Shown here: piece by piece, positions 9,376 through 19,062 of the stretch | Position numbering within the stretch: position 1 is the first letter of the stretch | How the letters are laid out: every line of letters starts with the position of its first letter | Origin: Bacteroidia bacterium | GTDB lineage: Bacteria; Bacteroidota; Bacteroidia; 2-12-FULL-35-15 | DNA: 39,794 nt | Direction: 5' to 3' | NCBI GenBank assembly: GCA_044377775.1 | Contig: JBILYL010000001.1 | Span: 1-39,794, forward strand | Notes under the pieces: model-generated | The model's database searches: none | Told to the model about the DNA's origin: nothing | Seen by the model: only the letters and a program-made list of their open reading frames with translations | Made by a program: the position numbers and the translations under genes

Positions 9376-12300
9376 TTAGTCAAGTGAAATATTCAATCCT
9401 AAACCTCTCAATTCATGCAACAATACGTTGAATGATTCAGGGATTCCCGGAGTTGGCATATTTTCACCTTTAACAATAGCTTCATAAGCTTTAGCACGTC
9501 CTACAACGTCATCCGACTTAATTGTAAGGATTTCCTGAAGAATGTTGGCAGCACCAAATGCTTCAAGAGCCCAAACCTCCATCTCACCAAAACGCTGACC
9601 TCCGAATTGAGCTTTACCGCCCAATGGTTGTTGCGTAATAAGAGAGTATGGTCCGATTGAACGGGAGTGCATCTTATCATCCACCATGTGACCAAGTTTC
9701 AGCATGTAGATAATACCTACAGTTGCCGGCTGATCAAACTTCTCACCTGTTCCACCATCTGTTAAATAAGTACGTCCAAAGCGAGGTAAACCTGCTTTAT
9801 CAGTCCATTCATTTAATTGATCAGTAGTTGCACCATCAAAAATTGGAGTGAAGAATTTCTCACCTAATTTTTGTCCGGCCCAAGCAAGAACGGTTTCATA
9901 AATTTGTCCCAAGTTCATACGGGAAGGTACACCCAGCGGATTCAATACGATATCAACAGTAGTTCCATCATCAAGGAACGGCATATCTTCATCACGAACG
10001 ATACGAGCAACGATACCTTTATTACCGTGACGACCAGCCATCTTATCACCCACTTTCAACTTACGTTTTTTAGCGATGTACACTTTTGCAAGTTGTACAA
10101 TACCAGCAGGTAATTCATCACCAATTGTAACGGCAAACTTTTTACGTTTAAATGCACCAAGTAAATCGTTGTATTTGATATTATAGTTGTGAAGTAACAT
10201 TTTAATCTGATCGTTCACATCTTTATCAGTAGTCCATTTACTAGCATTAACAGTAGAGAAATCAATTTTCTCTAAACTTTTCTGAGTAAACTTAACACCT
10301 TTAGCAACTACTTCTTCTTTCAGAATATTGATAACACCTTGAGATGTTTTACCATTCACCAAGGTGAATAATTTATCAATAAGTCTAGTTTTTAAAGCAG
10401 CAACATCTGCATTGTGTTCTTTATCGATTTTATCAAGAAGTGGTTTTTCTTCCGCTTTTGATTTTTTATCTTTAATTGCTCTTGAGAACAATTTTTTATC
10501 GATAACAACACCGCGTAATGATGGAGGCGCTTTTAAAGAAGCATCTTTCACATCTCCAGCTTTGTCACCAAAGATCGCGCGTAAAAGTTTTTCTTCCGGT
10601 GACGGATCCGTTTCTCCTTTCGGAGTAATTTTTCCGATCAAAATATCACCTTCTTTAACTTCAGCACCGATACGGATCAATCCGTTTTCATCCAAGTCTT
10701 TAGTAGCCTCTTCAGAAACGTTAGGAATATCAGAAGTTAATTCTTCTAAACCACGTTTTGTATCACGTACTTCCAATGCATACTCATCGATATGAACAGA
10801 TGTAAAAATATCTTCACGAGCAACACGCTCAGAGATAACGATCGCATCCTCAAAGTTGTAACCTTTCCAAGGCATGAATGCCACTTTCATGTTACGACCA
10901 AGCGCTAATTCACCATTTTGAGTTGCATAACCATCACACAATACTTGTCCTTTAGAAACTTTTTCACCTTTCTTAACGATTGGTTTTAAGTTGATACAAG
11001 TACTTTGGTTGGTTTTACGGAACTTCGTTAATTCATAACGTTTGATATCATCATCAAAGCTGATCAAACGATCTTCATCCGTACGGTTGTAGCGGATCAC
11101 AATTTCATTTGCATCAACGTATTCAACAGTACCTTCACCTTCAGCATTTACCAGTACACGTGAATCGTGCGCAACTAAAGGCTCAAGACCAGTACCAACA
11201 ATTGGAGCTTCAGGACGTAATAAAGGAACGGCCTGACGCATCATGTTGGATCCCATCAAGGCACGATTCGCATCATCATGTTCCAAGAAAGGAATCAATG
11301 AAGCTGCGATAGAGGCAATTTGGTTAGGAGCAACATCCATCAAGTTGATTTTCTCAGGTTCTACAACCGGGAAATCTCCTTCATAACGAGCTTTAACTTT
11401 TTTATCTAAGAAATTACCTTTAGCATCAACCGGAGTATTTGCCTGTGCGATAATTTTTTGTCCTTCTTCTTCTGCACTTAAATAAGTAACAGATTTTTCC
11501 ATATCCACTTTACCGTTTGTTACGGTCATGTAAGGCGTTTCAATAAAACCTAATTTATTGATTTTCGCGAATACACACAAAGAAGAAATCAAACCGATGT
11601 TTGGTCCTTCAGGAGTTTCAATAGTACAAAGACGACCGTAATGCGTATAGTGAACGTCACGAACCTCGAAACCAGCACGCTCACGGGATAAACCTCCTGG
11701 CCCTAGTGCCGAAAGTCTACGCTTGTGCGTGATTTCTGCAAGAGGGTTTGTTTGATCCATAAATTGAGACAACTGATTTGTTCCGAAGAACGAATTGATA
11801 ACAGAAGATAATGTTTTCGCATTGATCAAATCTGTTGGAGTGAACACCTCGTTATCACGAACATTCATACGTTCGCGGATAGTACGAGCCATACGAGCAA
11901 GACCAACACCGAACTGAGAATACAATTGTTCACCAACGGTACGAACACGTCTGTTACTTAAGTGGTCAATATCATCCACATCCGTTTTTGAGTTGATAAG
12001 TTCAATCAAATATTTGATGATACAGATGATATCCTCTTTCGTTAACGTCTTAGTAGTAAAAGGAGTATTCAGATTCAACTTTTTGTTGATTCTGTAACGG
12101 CCTACTTCACCAAGATCATAACGTTTATCAGAGAAAAATAATTTATCGATGATACCACGAGCTGTTTCTTCATCAGGTGGTTCAGCGTTACGTAATTGAC
12201 GGTAGATATGCTCCACAGCCTCTTTTTCAGAGTTGGAAGTATCTTTTTGCAATGTATTGTAGATGATCGCGTAGTCACCTGCATTCACATCCTGTTTGTG

Positions 12301-13185
12301 GAGGATCACAGATTTAACATTTGCATCAACAATCATATCGATGTGATTATTATCCAAGATCGTTTCGCGGTCGATGATTACCTCGTTACGTTCAATAGAA
12401 ACAACTTCACCGGTATCTTCATCAACGAAATCTTCGATCCATGTTTTCAAAACACGGGCAGCCAATTTACGTCCGATAGAAGCTTTAAGGGCAACTTTGC
12501 TAACTTTTACTTCATCAGCAAGTCCAAATATTTCGAGGATTTGTTTATCGCTTTCAAATCCGATAGCTCTTAATAAGGTAGTAACAGGTAATTTTTTCTT
12601 ACGATCGATGTAAGCATACATCACGTTATTGATATCGGTAGAAAACTCTATCCATGAACCTTTGAAAGGGATAACCCTTGCAGAATAAAGTTTAGTACCA
12701 TTTGCGTGACGGCTTTGACCGAAGAACACACCTGGTGAACGGTGCAACTGAGATACGATTACACGTTCAGCTCCATTGATAACAAAAGTACCTTTTGGAG
12801 TCATGTAAGGGATAGTACCTAAGTATACATCCTGAACGATTGTTTCAAAATCTTCATGTTCAGGATCGGTACAATACAAACGCAATTTCGCTTTAAGCGG
12901 CACGCTGTATGTTAAACCACGCTCAATACACTCTTCAAGAGAGTAGCGAGGGGGATCAATAAAATAATCTAAGAATTCAAGCACGAAATTATTCCGTGCA
13001 TCGGATATAGGAAAGTTCTCAGCGAAAACTTTAAATAATCCTTCGTTTTGGCGATTTTCAGAAGTAGTTTCCAACTGAAAAAAGTCTTGGAACGATTGAA
13101 GTTGAATATCTAAAAAGTCAGGATAATCGATTTGACTTTTAATAGATGCAAAACTTATTCTCTGTGTTTTTTTAATTTGAGCCAA
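9376..13185 (-). CDS. rpoB: DNA-directed RNA polymerase subunit beta
   Basis: 1269 aa. Conserved rif-region and C-terminal catalytic blocks ([30 protein letters not shown]). Confidence 0.99.
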   Translation of the reverse strand: MAQIKKTQRISFASIKSQIDYPDFLDIQLQSFQDFFQLETTSENRQNEGLFKVFAENFPISDARNNFVLEFLDYFIDPPRYSLEECIERGLTYSVPLKAKLRLYCTDPEHEDFETIVQDVYLGTIPYMTPKGTFVINGAERVIVSQLHRSPGVFFGQSRHANGTKLYSARVIPFKGSWIEFSTDINNVMYAYIDRKKKLPVTTLLRAIGFESDKQILEIFGLADEVKVSKVALKASIGRKLAARVLKTWIEDFVDEDTGEVVSIERNEVIIDRETILDNNHIDMIVDANVKSVILHKQDVNAGDYAIIYNTLQKDTSNSEKEAVEHIYRQLRNAEPPDEETARGIIDKLFFSDKRYDLGEVGRYRINKKLNLNTPFTTKTLTKEDIICIIKYLIELINSKTDVDDIDHLSNRRVRTVGEQLYSQFGVGLARMARTIRERMNVRDNEVFTPTDLINAKTLSSVINSFFGTNQLSQFMDQTNPLAEITHKRRLSALGPGGLSRERAGFEVRDVHYTHYGRLCTIETPEGPNIGLISSLCVFAKINKLGFIETPYMTVTNGKVDMEKSVTYLSAEEEGQKIIAQANTPVDAKGNFLDKKVKARYEGDFPVVEPEKINLMDVAPNQIASIAASLIPFLEHDDANRALMGSNMMRQAVPLLRPEAPIVGTGLEPLVAHDSRVLVNAEGEGTVEYVDANEIVIRYNRTDEDRLISFDDDIKRYELTKFRKTNQSTCINLKPIVKKGEKVSKGQVLCDGYATQNGELALGRNMKVAFMPWKGYNFEDAIVISERVAREDIFTSVHIDEYALEVRDTKRGLEELTSDIPNVSEEATKDLDENGLIRIGAEVKEGDILIGKITPKGETDPSPEEKLLRAIFGDKAGDVKDASLKAPPSLRGVVIDKKLFSRAIKDKKSKAEEKPLLDKIDKEHNADVAALKTRLIDKLFTLVNGKTSQGVINILKEEVVAKGVKFTQKSLEKIDFSTVNASKWTTDKDVNDQIKMLLHNYNIKYNDLLGAFKRKKFAVTIGDELPAGIVQLAKVYIAKKRKLKVGDKMAGRHGNKGIVARIVRDEDMPFLDDGTTVDIVLNPLGVPSRMNLGQIYETVLAWAGQKLGEKFFTPIFDGATTDQLNEWTDKAGLPRFGRTYLTDGGTGEKFDQPATVGIIYMLKLGHMVDDKMHSRSIGPYSLITQQPLGGKAQFGGQRFGEMEVWALEAFGAANILQEILTIKSDDVVGRAKAYEAIVKGENMPTPGIPESFNVLLHELRGLGLNISLD

Positions 13186-13284
13186 GGTGCTTAAGTATTA
13201 AGTTTGTTATAACATAAATGAATATTACAACAAACGAGGTTAATAAGAAAAAACGATTATAAACACTCTAAAAGCCAAGTACCC

Positions 13285-13308
13285 CATCGTTCCCAAACGG
13301 GAACAATG
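13285..13308 (-). promoter_or_regulatory. Stem-loop in the rplL-rpoB spacer (possible attenuator or processing site)
   Basis: 10-bp stem CAUUGUUCCC/GGGAACGAUG with loop GUUU on the minus-strand RNA. One pair is G-U on the minus strand and C-A on the plus strand. There is no immediate U-run, so it is not a classical terminator. The position mirrors the known rplL-rpoB attenuator of E. coli. Confidence 0.4.
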
Positions 13309-13343
13309 AGGATAATGACTATAAATTGTGTATTAGAAACAGC

Positions 13344-13712
13344 TTATTTAATCTCAACTTTTGCTCCTGCTTCTTCTAATTGTTTTTTCACTGATTCTGC
13401 TTCTTCTTTAGAAACACCTTCTTTAACTGGTTTTGGTGCACCATCAACAAGATCTTTAGATTCTTTCAAACCTAATCCTGTTAAGTCTTTTACAATTTTA
13501 ACAACACCTAATTTTGCTGCACCTGCTTCAACTAAAATAACATCAAAAGATGTTTTAACTGCTGCTGCGTCTGCTCCACCACCTGCTGCTACAACTACTG
13601 CTGCTGCTGCTGGTTCGATTCCATACTCATCTTTAAGTATTGTTGATAATTCTTGCACTTCTTTAACAGTTAAATTTACTAACTGTTCAGCAATTGCTTT
13701 TACGTCTGCCAT
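13344..13712 (-). CDS. rplL: 50S ribosomal protein L7/L12
   Basis: 122 aa. Ala-rich hinge [17 protein letters not shown], and a C-terminal domain containing [24 protein letters not shown]. Confidence 0.98.
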   Translation of the reverse strand: MADVKAIAEQLVNLTVKEVQELSTILKDEYGIEPAAAAVVVAAGGGADAAAVKTSFDVILVEAGAAKLGVVKIVKDLTGLGLKESKDLVDGAPKPVKEGVSKEEAESVKKQLEEAGAKVEIK

Positions 13713-13778
13713 TGTATTTGATTTTTAAATTTGTTACTAATTAATTTTTTATTTTTCGTTCTTTAAGCTGTTTGCCAA

Positions 13779-14276
13779 TTAAGCGGCATCTTTTTTCTCT
13801 GCATTTGCTTGCAAAGCTCCGATAACGCGTTTAGCAGGAGACTGAAGTAAGGCAACCACATCTGCGATAAGCTCGTTCTTACTTTTAATGTTCGCAAGAG
13901 CTTCAAGTTCATTATCGCCTAGGTAAATGTTCTCTTCAACGAAAGCAGCTTTTAAAAGCGGCTTATCATTTTTTCTTCTGAATTCCTTAATTAACTTAGC
14001 AGGAGCATTTCCTACTTCGGTAAAGATCAATGCAGTCGCGCCCTTTAATGCAGGAATTAAACCTGTTAAGCGACTATCAGCAGCTTGTTCCAATGCTTTT
14101 TTAAGCAATGAATTTTTTACTACTGTCATTGAAATGTTTTTCTCGAAGCAAGATCTTCTGAATTGGTTAACTTTTTCAACAGATAAAGAAGAACAATCAG
14201 CTAAGTAGATTTTGTTATTAGCATTCAGCTTTTCTATTAGTGATTCGATGATCTTTGTTTTATCTTCTTTTTTCAT
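13779..14276 (-). CDS. rplJ: 50S ribosomal protein L10
   Basis: 165 aa. Position between rplA and rplL, and an L10-like sequence (LSVEKVNQFRRSC...KGATALIF). Confidence 0.96.
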   Translation of the reverse strand: MKKEDKTKIIESLIEKLNANNKIYLADCSSLSVEKVNQFRRSCFEKNISMTVVKNSLLKKALEQAADSRLTGLIPALKGATALIFTEVGNAPAKLIKEFRRKNDKPLLKAAFVEENIYLGDNELEALANIKSKNELIADVVALLQSPAKRVIGALQANAEKKDAA

Positions 14277-14290
14277 TTCTATTTAGTTTT

Positions 14291-14317
14291 ATCTGCTTAG
14301 TGGAAGCCAAGGCAGAT
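14291..14317 (-). promoter_or_regulatory. Hairpin in the rplJ 5' leader (candidate L10 autoregulatory element)
   Basis: Stem AUCUGC/GCAGAU with loop CUUGGCUUCCACUAA, 14 nt upstream of the rplJ ATG. The core GTGGAAGCCA (14300-14309) recurs at 15669-15678. Confidence 0.3.
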
Positions 14318-14333
14318 GATGATTTTTTAAAAA

Positions 14334-15029
14334 TTATTGCCCTAAGAATTTGCTGTCGATTTCGATACTCGGACTCATTGTTGAGCTCAAATAAATACTT
14401 CTGACATACTGTCCTTTTGCTGATGAAGGCTTTAATTTCATAATTGTTTGTAACAGTTCAGTTGCATTTTCTGCAATTTTGTTGCTATCGAAAGAAGCTT
14501 TAGCAACAAGGGCTTGAACAATCCCTGCTTTATCTACTTTAAAATCTATTTTACCACCTTTAGAGTCAGCAACTGCTTTACCAATATCCATAGTAACAGT
14601 ACCTGTTTTAGGGTTAGGCATTAAACCACGGGGTCCTAATACGCGACCTAAAGCACCAACTTTACCCATAACTGAAGGCATAGTAATGATTACGTCAACA
14701 TCTGTCCAACCACCTTTGATTTTTTCAATATATTCATCCAATCCAACAAAATCAGCACCTGCAGCTTTTGCTTCTGCTTCTTTATCCGGAGTAACAATTG
14801 CAAGAACGCGCATTGTTTTACCAGAACCATGAGGCAAAGAAACAGATCCGCGAACCATTTGGTTAGCTTTACGAGGATCAACGCCTAAACGAACGCTGAT
14901 TTCTACAGATGAATCGAATTTTGTGTTGGTGATTTCTTTAACGATTTTAGCAGCTTCTGCTAAAGAATATGACTTTGTAGCGTCATATTTAGAAAGCGCA
15001 AGCTTTCTGTTTTTGGAAATTTTTGTCAT
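14334..15029 (-). CDS. rplA: 50S ribosomal protein L1
   Basis: 231 aa. L1 signature regions ([31 protein letters not shown]). Confidence 0.98.
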   Translation of the reverse strand: MTKISKNRKLALSKYDATKSYSLAEAAKIVKEITNTKFDSSVEISVRLGVDPRKANQMVRGSVSLPHGSGKTMRVLAIVTPDKEAEAKAAGADFVGLDEYIEKIKGGWTDVDVIITMPSVMGKVGALGRVLGPRGLMPNPKTGTVTMDIGKAVADSKGGKIDFKVDKAGIVQALVAKASFDSNKIAENATELLQTIMKLKPSSAKGQYVRSIYLSSTMSPSIEIDSKFLGQ

Positions 15030-15089
15030 TATTATAAAATTATGATGTGCAAGCGTCTTACTTTATTCGGACTCCATCAGTTAAACTTA

Positions 15090-15533
15090 CTACTTTTTAA
15101 GAGGAGATTCTCCTGTAATGCTCAAACCTAAACTGCGAGCAGTTCCTGCAACCATACTCATTGCTGATTCAATTGTAAAGCAATTCATATCCGGCATTTT
15201 ACCTTCAGCAATTGTGCGGATCTGATCCCAAGAAACATTACCAACTTTTAAACGGTTAGATTCTTTTGAACCACCTTTTACTTTTGTTACTTCCAATAAT
15301 GAAACTGCAACTGGAGTATGTTTAAGGATAAATTCAAATGTTTTATCACTATATACAGTAATGATAACAGGAGTTACTTTTCCTGCTCTATCCTGAGTTC
15401 TAGCATTAAACTGCTTACAGAACTCCATGATGTTCACACCTTTTGCACCTAATGCCGGTCCGATCGGAGGTGAAGGATTTGCTGCTCCACCTTTTATTTG
15501 CAATTTGATCATTGCACTTACTTCTTTTGCCAT
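15090..15533 (-). CDS. rplK: 50S ribosomal protein L11
   Basis: 147 aa. [20 protein letters not shown] and other L11 hallmarks. Confidence 0.98.
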   Translation of the reverse strand: MAKEVSAMIKLQIKGGAANPSPPIGPALGAKGVNIMEFCKQFNARTQDRAGKVTPVIITVYSDKTFEFILKHTPVAVSLLEVTKVKGGSKESNRLKVGNVSWDQIRTIAEGKMPDMNCFTIESAMSMVAGTARSLGLSITGESPLKK

Positions 15534-15664
15534 TTTATCTTTTTAGTTTAAAGTTTAAAGTCTGAATGTAAATTGTTATGCTAAATGCTTAAACTTAATT
15601 TACTGCTTTAAACGGTATTGTTTACTTATTCTAATTTTTGATCGACCTATTCAAACTGTCACGA

Positions 15665-15687
15665 GCCGGTGGAAGCCAGGCTTTTTT
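15665..15687. other. GC-rich hairpin plus T6 in the nusG-rplK spacer
   Basis: GCCGGTGGAAGCCAGGC followed by TTTTTT on the plus strand. On the minus-strand RNA the run precedes the hairpin as A6. It shares GTGGAAGCCA with the rplJ leader. Confidence 0.3.
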
Positions 15688-15713
15688 AATGAATATTCAA
15701 ATCAATATTTTTA

Positions 15714-16280
15714 TTAATTCTCTTTTTCTACTTCCAGGTAACCTAATTCCAATGGAGTTTTTCTACCAAAGATCTTCACCATTACCTCTAATTTTTTCTT
15801 ATCTTCAATAACACGTTCAATAGTTCCAGTGAAACCATTGAAAGGTCCATTGATAACTTTTACAGTTTCACCAACAATAAAAGGGATGCTAATCTGAGCA
15901 TCTGTTTCTGCAAGATCATCAACCGTTCCTAAGATACGGTTTACTTCTGCCAGACGCATAGGAACCGGTGATCCGCCTTTAGTTTCACCTAAAAATCCGA
16001 TAACACCGGTAATATTTTTAATTACGTGGGCAACCTCACCCACTAATGCTGCTTCAACTAATATATATCCGCCATAAAAAGGGCGTTCTTTACTTACCTT
16101 TTTTCCGTTACGGATCTGATAAATTTTTTCGGTAGGAATTAAAATCTGAGATACAAAATTGCTTAATCCCAAACGGTTAATTTCCATTTCAATATACTGC
16201 TTCACCTTTTTCTCCTGACCACTGATAGCTCTTACCACATACCATTTTTTCACAGTGTCGGTTTTTGTTTGCTCGCTCAT
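15714..16280 (-). CDS. nusG: Transcription termination/antitermination factor NusG
   Basis: 188 aa. NGN domain (KWYVVRAISGQEKKV) and a C-terminal KOW motif (GETVKVINGPFNGFTGTIE). Confidence 0.97.
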   Translation of the reverse strand: MSEQTKTDTVKKWYVVRAISGQEKKVKQYIEMEINRLGLSNFVSQILIPTEKIYQIRNGKKVSKERPFYGGYILVEAALVGEVAHVIKNITGVIGFLGETKGGSPVPMRLAEVNRILGTVDDLAETDAQISIPFIVGETVKVINGPFNGFTGTIERVIEDKKKLEVMVKIFGRKTPLELGYLEVEKEN

Positions 16281-16302
16281 TTTTTTAACTCTAAAGTATT
16301 TA

Positions 16303-16494
16303 TTAAAATAAATGGTAAATAGCTTCCATTCCTTTATTGAACGTAAGGTCCATGAACCAAACTACCAATGCAATAATTATAGAAGCAACAGCAACTACAA
16401 TAGCACTGCTTTGCAATTCGCTCCAAGAAGGCCAGCTTACTTTATGAAAAAGTTCATTCGCTGTTTCATCGATGTATGTTTTGAATTTGCTCAT
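16303..16494 (-). CDS. secE: Preprotein translocase subunit SecE
   Basis: 63 aa with a single C-terminal TM helix (AIVVAVASIIIALVVWFMD). Canonical position between tRNA-Trp and nusG. Confidence 0.9.
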   Translation of the reverse strand: MSKFKTYIDETANELFHKVSWPSWSELQSSAIVVAVASIIIALVVWFMDLTFNKGMEAIYHLF

Positions 16495-16571
16495 ACTTTT
16501 TAGTATTTGGTCTCGGGTTATTTGTCGTAAGACGCACTTCCTTTTGACTTTTACGTTTTAATTTTCTTTTG

Positions 16572-16642
16572 CACAGGTGGAGAGATTCGAACTCCCATCA
16601 AAGGTTTTGGAGACCTCTATTCTACCCTTGAACTACACCTGT
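16572..16642 (-). tRNA. tRNA-Trp (anticodon CCA)
   Basis: Hand-folded cloverleaf. Acceptor ACAGGTG/CACCTGT, anticodon loop CTCCAAA, T-loop TTCGAAT. CCA is not encoded. Confidence 0.93.
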
Positions 16643-16765
16643 AAATACTCCAAATTGTGTTATTCAAATGCCAAAAACAGTGTTTTAAGCACCACCCTTT
16701 ATTAGTAGAAAACAGCAGGCAGTGTTTTCCACTACCTACTGTCTATACTAATTTTGTAATATTAA

Positions 16766-17953
16766 TTACTTGATGATCTCAGTAACCTGACCAGCACCTA
16801 CTGTTCTGCCACCTTCACGGATAGCGAAACGAAGTCCTTTGTCCATAGCTACCGGTACAATTAACTTAACAGTAATTGTTACGTTATCACCAGGCATAAC
16901 CATGTCGCGTCCTGTTGGTAATTCAATTTCTCCTGTTACGTCAGTTGTACGTAAGTAGAATTGAGGACGGTATTTATTATGGAATGGAGTGTGACGTCCA
17001 CCTTCTTCTTTTTTCAATACATAGATCTCCGCTTTGAATTCAGTGTGAGGAGTGATCGTACCAGGACGAACAACAACCATACCTCTGCGAATATCTTTTT
17101 TATCGATACCACGTAATAACAAACCAACGTTATCACCTGCTTCACCTCTATCAAGAATCTTACGGAACATTTCCACACCAGTGATAGTAGATTTTAATTT
17201 CTCATCTTGCATACCGATGATTTCAACCTCATCACCTGAGTTGATAACACCTGTTTCAATTTTACCTGTTGCAACAGTACCACGACCAGTGATCGTGAAA
17301 ACGTCTTCAACCGGCATTAAGAAAGCTTTATCCGTTTCACGAACAGGAATAGGAATGTATGCATCAACTGCATCCATCAATTCCATAATTTTCGGCATCC
17401 ACTTTTCATCTTTATTTAAACCACCTAAAGCAGAACCTTGGATGATTGGAGTATTATCACCATCAAATTGATAGAAAGATAACAACTCACGGATTTCCAT
17501 TTCAACAAGTTCTAATAACTCAGGATCGTCAACCATATCCACTTTATTCATGAATACAACGATTTTAGGCACACCAACCTGACGAGCCAAAAGGATATGC
17601 TCACGAGTTTGTGGCATAGGACCATCAGTAGCAGCAACAACAAGAATAGCACCGTCCATTTGAGCAGCACCTGTAACCATGTTCTTTACGTAATCCGCAT
17701 GACCTGGACAGTCAACGTGAGCATAGTGACGAAGAGCTGTAGAATATTCTACGTGAGAAGTATTGATCGTGATACCACGCTCTTTTTCTTCAGGTGCATT
17801 ATCAATAGAAGAGAAATCTCTTACTTCAGATAAACCTTTTTCAGCTAATACAACAGTGATTGCTGCGGTTAAGGTAGTTTTACCGTGGTCAACGTGACCA
17901 ATTGTTCCGATGTTTACGTGTGGTTTGGAACGGTCGAATTTTTCTTTAGCCAT
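16766..17953 (-). CDS. tuf: Elongation factor Tu
   Basis: 395 aa. [18 protein letters not shown] and NKVD GTPase motifs. Confidence 0.99.
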   Translation of the reverse strand: MAKEKFDRSKPHVNIGTIGHVDHGKTTLTAAITVVLAEKGLSEVRDFSSIDNAPEEKERGITINTSHVEYSTALRHYAHVDCPGHADYVKNMVTGAAQMDGAILVVAATDGPMPQTREHILLARQVGVPKIVVFMNKVDMVDDPELLELVEMEIRELLSFYQFDGDNTPIIQGSALGGLNKDEKWMPKIMELMDAVDAYIPIPVRETDKAFLMPVEDVFTITGRGTVATGKIETGVINSGDEVEIIGMQDEKLKSTITGVEMFRKILDRGEAGDNVGLLLRGIDKKDIRRGMVVVRPGTITPHTEFKAEIYVLKKEEGGRHTPFHNKYRPQFYLRTTDVTGEIELPTGRDMVMPGDNVTITVKLIVPVAMDKGLRFAIREGGRTVGAGQVTEIIK

Positions 17954-18010
17954 TGCTAGTTATTATTTAATTGTTATTTTATATTTATTTTACTATTCAA
18001 AAATTCTTTC

Positions 18011-18042
18011 CAAAAAAATCGGTGATGCATAGACACATCTCC
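18011..18042 (-). terminator. Weak terminator/attenuator-like hairpin between tRNA-Thr(GGU) and tuf
   Basis: On the minus-strand RNA: GGAGAUG-UGUCUAUG-CAUCACC, a 7-bp stem with one A-A mismatch, followed by GAUUUUUUUGG. Confidence 0.35.
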
Positions 18043-18070
18043 CACACGTAAATAGATTCACCTCATCAAG

Positions 18071-18142
<72 letters not shown>

Positions 18143-18206
18143 TTAATGAAGCATGTGATCGTTTAAAAGAGCGGATTTCAGAAAATCTGAAACCCAACTC
18201 CCTTAG

Positions 18207-18279
18207 AGCGAAAGACCGGGCTCGAACCGGCCACCCTCAGCTTGGAAGGCTGACGCTCTACCAAATGAGCTACTTTCGC
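18207..18279 (-). tRNA. tRNA-Gly (anticodon TCC)
   Basis: Acceptor GCGAAAG/CTTTCGC, anticodon loop CTTCCAA, T-loop TTCGAGC. 73 nt. Confidence 0.93.
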
Positions 18280-18384
18280 GGATAAAACTTATAATTAAAG
18301 AACTAAAAAAATCCGAAACTTTAAATTTGACGTTAACCAAATTGAGTTAATTCGCGGATAAAACTTATAATTAAAGAACTAAAA
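18275..18384. repeat. 34-nt perfect direct repeat (18275-18308 and 18351-18384)
   Basis: TTCGCGGATAAAACTTATAATTAAAGAACTAAAA occurs twice, 76 nt apart. Copy 1 overlaps the first 5 nt of tRNA-Gly plus its upstream flank. Copy 2 lies between tRNA-Gly and tRNA-Tyr. Confidence 0.9.
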
Positions 18385-18433
18385 TTTACTTATTTTAAAA
18401 ACTTCTCTCTTTTTGTTTCTTTCAGAAACCAAG

Positions 18434-18514
18434 TGGGGAGAGAAGGATTCGAACCTTCGAAGTCGAAACAACAGATTTACAGTCTGTCCCATTTGGCCAC
18501 TCTGGTATCTCCCC
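18434..18514 (-). tRNA. tRNA-Tyr (anticodon GTA), long variable arm
   Basis: Acceptor GGGGAGA/TCTCCCC, anticodon loop CTGTAAA, T-loop TTCGAAT. 81 nt. Confidence 0.93.
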
Positions 18515-18537
18515 GTCAGTATCACAATAAAAAAAAG

Positions 18538-18611
18538 AGCCGATGGAGGGATTCGAACCCCCGACCAGCTGATTACAAATCAGCTGCTCTGGCCAACTGA
18601 GCTACATCGGC
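18538..18611 (-). tRNA. tRNA-Thr (anticodon TGT)
   Basis: Acceptor GCCGATG/CATCGGC, anticodon loop TTTGTAA, T-loop TTCGAAT. 74 nt. Confidence 0.93.
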
Positions 18612-18694
18612 AATACCTTGTAATACTATATTTTAAAAGAACTTCAACCTTTCTGGCTGTTTAATTTTCACTATACCCCTCCGAAAAAGGATTG

Positions 18695-18725
18695 CAAATT
18701 TATAAAACATTTGCGGAGTAACAAA
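18695..18725 (-). promoter_or_regulatory. Promoter P1 of the tRNA-tuf operon (TTTG-N19-TAAATTTG)
   Basis: On the minus strand: TTTG (18725-18722), a 19-nt spacer, then TAAATTTG (18702-18695). About 85 nt upstream of tRNA-Thr(UGU). Confidence 0.45.
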
Positions 18726-18777
18726 AGTTTTAATGCTTTTTTTCAAAAAAAATGCTTGTTACCTTATTTTGAGGTCG

Positions 18778-18806
18778 CAAATTTAGATAAATGTTTGAAT
18801 TAACAA
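18778..18806 (-). promoter_or_regulatory. Candidate upstream promoter P2 (CTTG-N18-TAAATTTG)
   Basis: On the minus strand: TTG (18806-18804), an 18-nt spacer, then TAAATTTG (18785-18778). It shares TTGTTA...TAAATTTGC with P1. Confidence 0.35.
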
Positions 18807-19062
18807 GGTTTTATTCTGCATTATTCTTTTAAAAAAATTGCAATTCAAAAAAAATTGCAGAAAACGGCTCTCTCCCCTACTGTTTTATTGAAAAAAAAAA
18901 TTCTAACAATAAATTTAATATAAAGTCGTTCTAATAAAAACAGCCTTAAAATAACCCCCGAAACCATGGTTTAAGCTCTACTCTCCTAACGAATCGCCTT
19001 TAAAACAGTTAGAATAATGGATAATGCGCAGAATTCAGGGGGTAAACCAAAAACAACGGACC

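Noticed and set aside
13306-13728. 140-aa Ala/Ser/Thr-rich ORF on the plus strand
   Set aside because: It is the exact antisense shadow of rplL. The Ala-rich hinge of L7/L12 gives an open antisense frame. There is no independent evidence for it.
16708-16729. Hairpin GAAAACA-N8-TGTTTTC downstream of tuf, as a terminator
   Set aside because: The 7-bp AU-rich stem has no distinct U-run beyond its own arm. It is too weak to annotate without transcript-end data.
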